Origin: Iphione sp. A-MEVVRFRX5
Taxonomy: Eukaryota
NCBI GenBank assembly: GCA_976226885.1
Contig: OZ320321.1
Span: forward strand, 56,048,001 to 56,112,000
DNA length: 64,000 nt
Direction of reading: 5' to 3'
The first letter of the stretch is position 1; each line of letters starts with the position of its first letter. Below, piece by piece: positions 52,100-64,000 of this stretch. The notes under the pieces were generated by a model. It did no database searches, was not told the origin of the DNA, and saw only the letters and a list, made by a program, of their open reading frames with translations. Both the position numbers and the translations under genes were made by a program.

Positions 52100-54285
52100 C
52101 ATTGTTAGTAAGCAGATTAGGATTTTTAGGGGATTTTTAAAGGGAAGCTAGGCCTTAGCGGTGAGAATAGGACAACTATCAGTCTAAGTAAGGGAAGCCA
52201 CAAAGTACCGTCTGGAGAGGTAGTGGACAAAATAAATAGATATTTCCTTGATATTGGAAAGAGAATCTCCAATGAGATCAATGGTATGACAAACCATATT
52301 TTGGTGAATGGTAAGCGGGTGGTGACTGTGATGGGGGATATAGTGACTGATGCCAACGATGTTACCAATATGGTACTAAGTATGAATAGGTCTAAAGCAT
52401 CACAAGTAGGCGCAATTCCAACTGTCATTCTGAAAAGAGTCCTCTTGAGCACTGCAAGCTATTGGGCAACTTTCTTTAATAGGTCTTTTGCCACAGGAAA
52501 CAACCCTAGAGGGTTGAAAGTGGCCACAGTAGTAGTACTATGGCAGGTAAAGAAAAACACATGGTGGAGAACCACCGCCCTATCAGCTTATTGTGCAACA
52601 TGTCAAAGATTATTCAGAAAATTGTGTACAAAAGGATTTTCAAGTATTTGACTGAAAACAAGCTATGTGAGCAACAATATGGTTTCAGGGACTCATGGTC
52701 CATGGAATGAGCCCTAATTGATCTTTTGTATATAATTCATAGAGGTCTAAATGATGGATGGGATACAATTTGCATCTTCATTGATTTGAAGAAAGTATTT
52801 GACTCCATGGAGCATGATGTGTTGCTTCAAAAGTTGAAATCTTATAGCATAGAGGGCGTAAATCTAGCCTCGCTTAAGGGATATCTGTCCAACCGGAGCC
52901 AGACAGTGAGCTGTAATGATAAAATATCGTGTAGGTGTTGTATCACCTGCGGCATCCCCCAGGGGTCCATATTAGGATCGCTTCTGTTCCTGGCTTCCAT
53001 TAATGACTTACCAGCTGCAATAAAGACTGGTACCTGTTTTTTATAAGCTGACAATGTGGCAATTGTTATAAATTGAAAGGGAAGCAGGACATATAGTTGA
53101 TAAAGTAGGAAGATTGGGAAACAAGCTTCTAGAGTGGTCCCTAACTTCAAAGATATTGCCAAATTATGAGAAAACTAAATGCATGCACTTTGTTAATGGG
53201 AATGTGGGCCAAGGAATCCTGGAGGACAGTGTTAATTTGGGCAATCAACAGATAGAGGTGGTGTCAGAATTCACATATTTAGGTGTGAAACTGGATTGGA
53301 AGCTAAGTATGTCTAAAAACAAATTAGTATTGCAGAGGAAGTGATGGGTAAATTCGTCTACTTCAGGAAAATAAGAAAGTTCCTTGACACAAGTCCAGCC
53401 ATCAGGATAGTGAGAAGCATGGTGCTACCAATTATGGAGTATGCCCTGGTGGTACAGACATGCACAAAAGCTAGATCATTCATTAGCCTTATAAGACTGA
53501 GGAAATGTGTCATTAACTATGCCTTTGGTTATGCAAAGTATAACCTACATGAGGTGACTAGAGACTATGTGGTTATTAGAGATAGACAGTTGTTAATTAC
53601 AGGCTACAATTAAGCTTTGGTAAAAACCCCAAGAGTGCATACAAGGAGGGCCGAGAGGAAATATTTCAGGGCTGCAAAACCCAGGAAAGAAGGATATCGG
53701 GGATCTATTGAATATAACTGGTATCAGCTTTGGGTAAGTCTTCCTAATAGGATAACTCGGTACCCATGGAAACAGTTCAGATTACATGTGAAGCAGCTTG
53801 GTAAAGAATTCCAGTTATCTTAAAAAATTGGTTGAGACAATTTTGGCGATTTGACCTTTCACCACATTTTTTTAGTACTACTATTATTGATTAATGGATC
53901 TTGTTCAGTCGACTGTTTATGTTCTATTGATTGATCTAGGGCTTTGTATATGATGGGATATTTAGGGATGTGTGTTAGCATTGTCTGCACACATGGGGCG
54001 CAGCCACTGTGTTGTGAGAGTATAGCTATAGGCTACACATGGGGCAAAAGCCACTGTGTAGATCCCTTAGTGTCATTGATGGTATCACATGGGGCACAGC
54101 CACTGTGATGATTGACATTATGACCTTAAGAGTTGAACTCAAGATAACAGACATCATTGTTTTATATCATGTAAATGTCATCACAATGTTCCATTAGAAT
54201 CTTAATGATCATGGTAAAGTAACAAAGATGGATCTACATACAGTAATGCATTTTTCAATCCATTGAAATAAAAGATTTAAAAAAA
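52100..54285 (+). mobile_element. 5'-truncated decayed CR1/L2-clade (Crack/Daphne-like) LINE with 3' UTR
   Basis: INRYFLDIG; IFIDLKKVFDSMEHDVLLQKL; GIPQGSILGSLLFLASINDLP; YADD degraded to *ADN (53044-53055); NYEKTKCM; FTYLGVKLD; LPIMEY; KPRKEGYRGSIEY...W.SLP. AATAAA at 54267-54272 is followed by an A-rich tail. Confidence 0.9.
53990..54107 (+). repeat. Three 22-23-bp hairpin repeats separated by unique 24- and 27-nt spacers in the LINE 3' UTR
   Basis: CACATGGGGC-(GCA/AAAA/ACA)-GCCACTGTG at 53990-54011, 54036-54058 and 54086-54107. Confidence 0.85.
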
Positions 54286-57200
54286 GATCTATACAGACAT
54301 GAATAAATGCACACAAGCAGTACCTCCGTCGACAATACTATGTCTACAAGTGTATGCATGAATAGAAACTGCTGTCCAGATATGCACTTCACCACCTTGG
54401 GAATACATATGCAGAATAACTCGCATCTATGACTGGAATACATTCTAACAATGTTCAGGATTTGTGCATATGTTTATGTGCATAGAATCGTATTCCTGCC
54501 TTCTTTCAGAGTTTCGGGCAATATATGTGGGGATGATGCACAGTCAGTGAACTAAAACTATCAAAAGTACACTTTACATCCATATACCTGTCTATCCCCA
54601 TGTCTTTCACTCAATGATGCCTTCTATCTGTATGAAAGAAACAAGGGCATGGTAGTAAAACTTAGAGTATAAGCTATTTTAAGCACTACATACACACAAT
54701 CTGGATAAGGTAGTATATATGTATGTATATATACAGTAGAACCTTGGTATTGGGTCACCAAAGAGCAATGCCCAGCTCTTTAATTAGGGCAGAATTCGCT
54801 GAAACTGTGCCTTTTATCTCTAGGTTATGTATCTCTCAGAATCGGAGACACTCCCTGAATGGCAAAGACATTCATTTGGAACCAAGGCTCTCCAATTTAA
54901 GCGACGTTTTACTGTGTGCATGCCTTAGTTCACTGGCAATCACAAGTAGAACTGGGGATGCATAGATTATACCGATATAAATTCACTTCTGCCTGTTTCA
55001 CTCATTACCGAGCGTTGTACAGGCGTTCACCGAAATGTGTAAAATATGTAAATTTCCCCGTGTGACAGAAAGCAGGATGATACACAGAATATACACTTCT
55101 TAAGGCATAAGCCTGCCTGCGATATTCGCATGGAAAGAAATGGCGGTAAAAGTCGTTAAAAAAAGTACACTAACTGTATTCATCCCTTTGTTCCTGAACT
55201 ATATGGACCGACAGCCATCTAAGCACATCCCATTATAAAGAGCCGGTTTCAAACTTACTGATCAGCATTTTCATTGGTTGAACCTCTCCACCGACATTTG
55301 AGCAATTTTCCGACTAGGCGAGGCATGAAACCTGCATCGACACCTCATGAATACCATCTTGGTGCTCGGCCGGGTGTTCCGCTTTAATTTGCGTCGGTCA
55401 TCCTAGGTGTCGCAGCTGGTGCCTATCGGATGGCCGTAGCAGTGGTCGTATTGACATTTCCATCACACGGCAAAGGAATCATCGACTGGGCGCCATTAGG
55501 AAGGTGTGTATAAGGGAACCCCACCTGAGCAGCGAGCAGGACCTTCTGAAAGCATCGCTGTCCTTTAGCACTAGGTTATGGAGAGCTCCTTCTCCTCCTC
55601 CTCCTCCGTTCTGGGGCGAGGATGATGTCTTGCGTTGCATAGACTAGCATGGATGTGACTGCTGATGGGTGTCCCAAGATAGGGTCAGGCGACACCTCCC
55701 TTAATGGGCTGTAATGGAGGAAGCTCGTATGGGTATTGTACTTCTCATGGACATCATATATCTCACGGACACACACACACACGCCAACACAAACGCACGT
55801 ATACACATGTAAATGTATATATATACATGTAGTTGCACATAGGTATCTTCAGGACCAAGCTTATCCAGTTTGAAATCACTAATAGCTTCGGAGACGATCT
55901 GCTATGTCACTGTTCCGCTCAAACAATCTCACTACTTAAGCTCAAATAATCTCACCATTAATCTGAAAAAAAAGAACTGCTTGTAATATCGGATAGGACT
56001 TGATAATACACGTAAGCATTTATCCTTACCATGATAACTTATATTCAAATGGATAAATGACCTTCCAAAGAGTTTATACTGTGCAGGCTGACACAGATCC
56101 ACATCCGTCAGGTAAAACTTTATGACTGATTAACTCGATGGTTTGATGGTTTTAACAGGTCTTATCAATCCACTCGTTTCTGCTTGATGTGTCATCAAAA
56201 TACCAGGCGAACTTCATAAAATACCATCATACAAAACACATATTTTGATGGGTTTTCCCCGGAAACTTCGAATTTCGTGACCTTTCTCTCGATATGACGA
56301 ACTAGAGATAAACAACTCAGCGCTGATGCTAGCACCGAGGAAAGAGAGGTTATAAGGATTCACGACATAACCTAATTAGATGGATATAGTAAATCTGGAG
56401 AGTTTTTTTCTTTTACTAGCCGATCCTCTCACATACACTCAGGCAAAGTTAAACACGTAAGAGATTATGAGACCACAGACTGAAGGGAAAGGAAAGTGAA
56501 AAATATTATACTTGAGGTAGGTTATTTTCAAGGTTTCAATGCTTCAAGGTTTAAATGTCTTCTCCATAGACTAATACAGAGATTTTAACATGTTAACACA
56601 GAGACTTGGAGAATAATACGGTGAAAATGAATCACATGTCGAATAAGTATATTGCTATGCTGCGACGTCTCGTCAGCTTTGTTTTATGTCACCTCTATAG
56701 GTATGCCTGCAATTGTAACGAGGTTTGGTCTATAGCTGAGAGTTCTTGAATTCAGCACTAACCAGATGCACCAGAGTACCCGTTGCCACTCGACCAAAAA
56801 CAAATGCGAAAGCATGGTCCGGTAAAGAGCTAAAATGCTCCCCTGAACCTCTCAGGCTTGCCTATTGAGTTGTATATGTACTTATTTCTGAGACGGTTAT
56901 TGCCACTACAGCGTGTACTTCACATTTCTCTATGTAGGAGCATTCTAAGCTTCAGTAATATCGACGTAAGTATTATACAAGCGCAATATAACCGTTCGAA
57001 ACGCTGCCTTACACCAACACATCCTTGCAGCCCATTCTTGATCTAAAGGCTGGTTTGGACATGGGTTTTCTTTGTTATTTGGCACTGTAACACTTTTAAA
57101 CAATTGAAGTCGGCAAAACCTTGCGAACGACCTTGGAGATCATGGCCAGTGCGGGCGCGCTTCCTCGCCCGGTCTCCCACGGCAAAAACTGGCTCTTTTA

Positions 57201-59149
57201 GCGACTAAAATTCGCTGGGAAAACAGGCCACTAATTCTAAATGCAGACATCATTCGAGACCAGCCATTAGGCACGAATAACGCTACCTTGATACCGCAAA
57301 AGGCCTGTCAACTATTACGTCAAGAATGACAGGTGAATGGTCATATATTGCGAGAATTATATTGAGTGCCCGATCATACATTATACATCAAGCCCATCGG
57401 GCACCCTACAAAATATATCAATGTGAAGGACATATTGATGTAAAGGTCATGCACATATCATACTAGCTACCAGGGATGACATGTTAACTGTCGTAGCCAT
57501 GGCAATAAAATGCTGGATTCAATGATAGAATCTCTCATGGATCTGCGAGAATCAAAGTCCAAAATATGATTCACTAGTATCCTTCACTCGGCTTTAACAC
57601 TTACAAATTCGATGAATTATTTTAACAATGTAACGTGTCTGGTTGAATGAACAGTTGCTGCCAGTTTGTTGTTTGCGGAATAATATTTTATGGTTTTCAG
57701 GCTACAGTCACAACCTGCCATGTGAGGTTAATGTTTGTGTTATACAAAAGGGACTAGAGATCGTCAAAGGGCACTCGGTCCATCCCCCATCCTGCTGTGT
57801 TAATTGATCCATGTCAATTTATCAGCTACTTAAGGAAAGCCAACATTTCAATACGCTACAAAGGCCTTGCTTTGTGCACTTTGCGCGTGTACTGACTAAA
57901 CATGGGCGAAGTACCTCTTTTCACGATGCGAATTAAAGTTCAAGTGGAAATAGCCCAGTAAAACTAAGTGACCTCCTTTCGAACGAACGAGTTGTAGGCT
58001 TTCCTGTCTGCTCCTCTCAAACGCGTGCGTGTGAATAGAAGTAATAATCTTGTTTTATAACATTCGCATGATATAAACAATCAAGGCCGACTGTTTTCTG
58101 GCTGAACGCTTAGTAGGTAAACAAAGGAATAGACAAGTTTGAAGGAAGATGAAACAGAAAAATGACATTTCAAACGACTATGTCAGCCCATACCGATTGC
58201 TGTAACCTGTCCCGTCGTATCTTTTTAAGGATTACACCTTACAAACAACTGAAGCTCACAGTAGATTAAAGTTGCACCTAGACGTCTCACATTTGCCTGA
58301 CCCGGATTATCAGCTGTTGAGCAAAGCGGAATATAGCTGGGCTTATCGTCATAAGCCCTTGGCCTTTTTCCTGCGCTCACTTGTAATCCCCCGATAATTG
58401 CTCGGAGTAAAGCGCGGGACTCTTTAATGAAACTCTATATAACCGGGCCGGCTCACAATACATTTGGTTCCATTGTGATGACCACACTACTTTCCAAAAA
58501 CTGTATTATTATTATTATTATTATTATTTTTTTTTTGGGGGGGGGGGCAAATCTGTCCTTGTCATTAACTTTCGCCTGGTCGTTTTGTAAGGGAGTCCGA
58601 CAGATTAAGACAAGGACCGTGCAAAATGATTTGATTGTTGTGTAAAATTGATTTTAAGTGGGATGAATACGTTTGCCTGACAGGACGACAAAGGAAAACA
58701 ATGCTCACCGACAGGCTGATAAGCACGTGCCCTAATTGCGTCGCTTCTAGCGATAGCTCTTCAGGCAACTGTGGTGATTATTACTGAACAGTGCACTGTG
58801 GCTGCATTTTGTACTCATCTGGTTCCGACCCGGTGACATTTGTTGATTCGTTTCCACCTTGACGTGTCATGAACAAAAGTTTGGTTCAATACGGCGAATC
58901 ATTGGGTATACTGGTTTCACTGCTGTGTGTAAGAGACAGTGTGGCTGGACAGACAACTGATTCTTCAAACACAATGCCTGTGTCATATAATGGTCACATA
59001 TAAAAATAAAAGAGTTGGAATTGTGGTTTTCTGCATTAAAGTCTTCATTGTAAGGAACTATTCTAGGTGCAAAGATCCCTATATCTGTGCCTCCTAACCG
59101 TTTTCCTTTTGGAAAAAAAACCCCACCGGAGAACAGATGAGATCGACCA

Positions 59150-60000
59150 AGATTGACACGGGGGATGATTCCTGAAAGGTCTCACCTGGCTGGAACACTG
59201 GCTTTGGTGTGGCTTCTCCCTTCCGAGCCTGCCCTGCCGCACGGTGTTCTTACGAAGTGGCAGACCTTTACCTAGACGAGCAGCTTTCATCAGGGTGGCT
59301 TCCGCCCAACAAGAAGAAACCGTCACACGAGGGAGTCTACTGTTGGCAGACGGGTCTCGGAAGACGGTGGCATTCCAAGTGAAAAAAATCACCTCGTCCT
59401 CCAGTGGCCCTGTGTTGTTCATTACATGTACTTCCAAAAGTCGTCTTTCAATAGCCTGTTCTACTCCTTTAAGAGGCTGCTCGGATAAGCCGGGCAAAAG
59501 CCGCTATAAAGTCAGATTCCATATGGATGACAGACGGGCCAGAATTGAAGAAAACGTCTGATTATTAATCACAACTGTAGAGCCAAGTAGCTGATTCCTT
59601 GACCAATTGCTCATCTGGCAGATGTCGCGCAAGGTATGGTTGAGATACGCCAATTCCAACCCGGCCAGTGTAATCCACCTCCAGCACTGACTTTGTAACA
59701 AGTCATTTTAGCATTTTCGCTCGATTGCGAGTAGAGAGTGGTCGAGCATTGTGCTGAGGCAGGCGGAGGAGAAAAGGCGGGGGGTTCGCCCGAAGGGCGG
59801 GGGGGGGGGCAACAAGGAGCCACTTGCTGAGGTGTTTTCAGAAAGTAGGCTGAGTTGAGCTCAGGTACAGAGGCGACAGAAGAAAATAAGAGATTATGGC
59901 GCCTAATGAGTGCGATCCGCCAAAGTAGGCGGGACTTGGGAGCTGGCGTGGAATAAAGCTTAAGCCTCTTTCCTGTTTGCAAACAATGCCAGGATTGGAA
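59150..60000 (-). mobile_element. Decayed CR1-type LINE RT relic
   Basis: Ordered motifs WRIALI (WK.A.V), KSVLE, LPDEQ (EQ.GFR-like), DFIAAFARL (D..AFDRV-like) and VRQGRLG (VPQGS.LG-like). It shares TCCAGCACTGACTT with the 49.6-50.2 kb relic at the homologous motif. Confidence 0.45.
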
Positions 60001-62929
60001 CTACGAAGAACTGCAGGAAATGAAAGATTATTGCGGTCATAGACCAAAGCCTAGTCATATCTCCGGGTGATCTTTTTCCTTCTGTGGCAATCTTTAGTCA
60101 TTGTCTGCTGGAGCCCATGACCTTGGCATTTTCCAATGTAAATCACAAAATCCCGTATTTACCCTCTTCATTTTTTATATTTAACTCATGTTACATTACG
60201 ATAACCAGTTTACTACGGCAGGTACCAGCTGACATTTAGTCCTTGTAATGAAGATCCCCGAGTAAACTAACACTCGGAGGGCAGGTTTTCACTCTCGTTA
60301 AGGACATTTACTACAGACGTAATGTATACAGGTTTTGCTTACCCCCCCCCCCCCCAAAAAAAAAATAAATAAATGAAATATAATAAATAAATGAAATGGA
60401 ACAAAAAAAAAGCAAGCTCTAAAAATGTTGTAGACCGCTCGCCATGGTCAGTTCCCGGGAAATGTAACTAGGAACGACACTCTAATAGTCCTATTTTGAT
60501 GCATTGATTAAGCATCAAGGCCGAGTGTACGCGCTTCTTTGCACAAACTGATTGCCCGGACAGGGTAGGCGCGATGCACCATGGAAAGAGTCTGCTGTGT
60601 TGTAATTACTTTTCTTGTCCGAGCTAAGCTACTTTGTGCCTCCTACTAATCGACGGGATGATTCAAGTGGAGTTCAAGCCACAACGACGTCCTTGTCGCT
60701 TAGAAAATACAAGTGGTGTGCGTAAACTTGAAGTATTTAGATCTCTGTCGATCGTCTAAAGAACGTCGACGGTTGTGATAATTTGTTAGGTTTCTGTCGG
60801 ATTTACACAATTCCAGCATGTCCTCAAAGGCTGGATGATACCGAAACAACAGCGACATATAGGCATGTGGAAGAGCCGCAAAAAGCATCCAGGATAACAT
60901 ATACATGTATATGTGTATATATATATGAATATAACAGAAGTAAATTTATACAATTCTATTAAAATAGAGACAGCATACACCGATAAACAAATAACGTATT
61001 GGAATGATGTATACGTCATGTGGGGACAGAACGTTTACAAATATCTCGGCAGTTGCATAATTCTGCATTTCTGATTTTCTCGGCTGCGCCTAAAACAGCG
61101 AGGAACCACATCCGCGCGTCAAACATTTCAACCTTCACCCCACAATGCATATATCGTTACACCTTGCAATATCCGAACGGGAAATACCATATAAAAATAA
61201 TGATTACGTGGAGTAATGGGCATTAAAGTCATATTTATATTGTATAGCCCCGCAGCATTTTTGCAACAAAGCACAATATGGTGATTGTCGAATGCCTTTA
61301 AGAGGGAATTCTATGACAAATTGCTTAACACTGCTGATTTCAGGGCGCTCTCTTGTTCGCAGATGGCAGACATAGAATAAAAGCTAATATCATCGTTTGC
61401 ATTATTTATCAAAGGCTTAGGCCAAGAATTGGCCTGAAAACAGTGAAAAAAAAAGGTCGATGGTCTCCTAACGACAACTGTTGGCCTATACGCCCACTAA
61501 TAGCGGTACTTCTGAATGTAAAGTTTTACTAAACACATGCAAATGCTCATCTCGAGATGAAGTGACAAACAGTAATTACCATGCAAATCCAAGCGTCCCT
61601 TTACAGCAGCAAACTGCAGCTGTATAATTTCCATATATACATCCCACAGCAAGGAGAGACAATATATAACTTGTAACTTTTGACAAAGTATATAAGTAGG
61701 AGATACCAACGCTGCGGACAAACGCTGGGCTGTGTGCACTTTAGAGTACCCCCGTGTGAATATCGTCCATGAATGTTGTGTTTGGTACATAAAGACATAT
61801 CTGCAGTCCTATGATTGGTCAACTCCGTTGGTGACAGAGCTCACCTATTGGTTTGCTTTACTAATGTCGGATGTGTACAAGATTGTGGAGCCATATCTTG
61901 TGGTTCAATGCTATTGTTAGATTATGGACCGTATGGCCTGACACTTATTTTTGTTCGGGGTTAGATCAACGTGTTGCAGCCGTAGTCTTTGCTTAAGCAA
62001 GAAGGTTAAAGATTGTATTTCGATCACAATATCTGAATCACGAGGACTTCATTTGCATTGGAATACCATTCCAATTATGTAGCACTCCCAAGCCTTTAGA
62101 AAGAAACCCCTGAATTCTAAAAGAGGCAAAACAATATTTGAGGGAAAATGTTTAAAACTACATGTACACCTACAATTCTCCGATGGAAGACTAAGCGGAT
62201 AGACTACACTTCATCCAGAACACAAACAAACAGTGAAGCTTCCATTTGAGAGTAGTGTATTTGCTTGTGGCAACAAATAGCTCCTGTGTGCATGTCATGT
62301 TAAAATTTGCAAACATTCATTTTTGTGGACCGTTTGGTATGCAGAATTAAACAATCAATGTTTGCAATTTTTTTCAATGACTTTACCATGCTGAAATTCA
62401 CGTTGACATCCGATATAGCCACCAAAACTACATTTGCTCATATATTGACTTCTAATCAACTTGCTTCCATAAAAGGGGGCTCTATTTTGGCATATTTCGG
62501 ATAAAAAACTCATTTCTAGCTAGTAAAAAGCCCACATTTGATTACTATTTTTGTCCAAGTGCTACAACTGCTTCAGGATTCCGTTAGTAATATATATTTC
62601 TAGGTTTTTGATACTTCATGACTACCTTAACAGTCAGTAACCTATAATATTTTCATCAGAAGAAGACTATAAATACTAAACACTTTATTTTGAGCTTAGG
62701 TCAAACATTCATACGCTACAACTATTTCAATTCTTATTATTAATAGTAGCTTCATAAAATAACAAGTTGGATGGTCCTCGTTTATCTTGAGAACAAAACC
62801 GTCAGCTCAAACTTTTAAACAGTTGTTCTTACCAGTGATAACTACCAGATTATTAGGACAACAAAGTCACTTCAATAGATAATTCCCAATGAATCATCCT
62901 TATGTTACGTTGTATTATCATATAGACCA

Positions 62930-64000
62930 TGCACCGTTTCTTTTGCAGAGTTAATCCTCCTTTGCTCCACATATGAATAGCTCAATACAAGCAAGGTTGT
63001 TTTGACAACAAATATTTTCATGCACTTTCGCTCTTCTTCCATTTATACTTGACTATCATGCAGTCAGGAACTGCTGGCAGCAGAGATGTTACTGGGCTCT
63101 ATCTATCATCATAAAGGTGTCAGCTGAAGCCTTGTGGTAGGGAAATATAAGGTTAGGAACAATATCATGTTTCCAAATCAAAGCTTGATAATGTACATGG
63201 AGAATTCCTTTGTGTAGTGTAGCCTTGGTTGGTGGCAATTTCTGAACAGACACCAGTGCATCAAGATCATGTCCTTCACTCAAACTTTTTAAATCATACA
63301 ACTAACAGACATATTTTTCTATTCCTTCCTAAACTCTTGCTAGTTTAGTGTCAGGAGATCTTCGTAATTTGAATGCTTTAATTATGTCATCTGTTGCCCT
63401 TAGGAATGTTTTCCGCAGGTGACGTTTCCCTTTGCTACAAAGTGTCCAGTTGTATCTGCTCCAGTGACTGAATGAAATCCTGGAAGAGCAGCACATCATT
63501 CTTCTCTTAGGGCTTCAAAGATGAGATTAACTGATACTCTAACTGGTTTGGTTCTGGTGCCCATACAGAAGTTGTTCACCCATAGCTTAAATATCCAGCT
63601 CACAGCTCACAGCTCACACTAAAATATTTGCACTTCTTTGCTGGATGGTTGGTGACAGTTAATAGTCCTTTCTAGCTTGCATTACAGGTAATCCTGCCAT
63701 GACTTGAACCTGAGGAAGTCTGGCCAGCTCAGGTGCTGTTAGAAAGAATCGGTTATGAGCAACAGTGTTGAGAGTTTTATCTAGCAATCCTCCAGTGGTC
63801 TTTATCCACCTGTTGACATGTTCAATGCCATGGGAAGCACCAATATCATAGAATGTGGTCTGGTTCTTGTTGACCAGAAAATTTCCAAAAGAAATTCTTA
63901 TATTTCTGAAAGCTGGAATTAATATACTGACAGACCAGCATAAATGTAATAAAAAGGTGATAACTCTGTAAGTACCATTCCAAATGCTGTTTCCTTCATA
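62930..64000 (-). mobile_element. Internally deleted, decayed Academ-like DNA transposon transposase relic (runs off the window edge)
   Basis: GNFLVNKNQTTF...HGIEHVNRWIKTTGGLL...RFFLTAPEL (63720-63890); ALPGFHSVTGADTTGHF (~63430-63495, XPG/H3TH-like); LPPTKATLHKGILHVHYQALIW (63089-63301 ORF); and a degenerate Cys-rich tail KNNLACIELFIC. This order matches Academ proteins as I recall them. Confidence 0.6.

Noticed and set aside
53990-54107. CRISPR array interpretation of the hairpin repeats
   Set aside because: Only 3 short repeats, no cas genes, eukaryotic context, and located inside a LINE 3' UTR. Kept as an RNA-structure finding instead.

Overview
Eukaryotic, most likely invertebrate (inferred from the TE repertoire), repeat-rich DNA in which no host protein-coding gene, rRNA or CRISPR array can be supported. 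The clearest element is an apparently intact 2763-bp piggyBac transposon (36174-38936, - strand). It has perfect 14-bp TIRs, TTAA at both ends and a 34-bp subterminal repeat array at one end. Its 594-aa DDD transposase is split by a 134-nt GT-AG intron, and retention of that intron gives an immediate stop. The rest is mostly transposon debris. This includes two well-supported decayed CR1/L2-clade LINEs (~39.2-40.4 kb and ~52.1-54.3 kb), several older LINE RT relics, an Academ-like transposase relic at the right edge, three kinds of non-autonomous TIR elements, two copies of a structured retro-element 3' tail, a tRNA-Met-like half, and mini- and microsatellites. The most unusual small-scale signal is a triple hairpin repeat-spacer array with covarying stems in the 3' UTR of the 52-54 kb LINE. 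All protein-family calls come from motif recognition by eye; no database searches were run.
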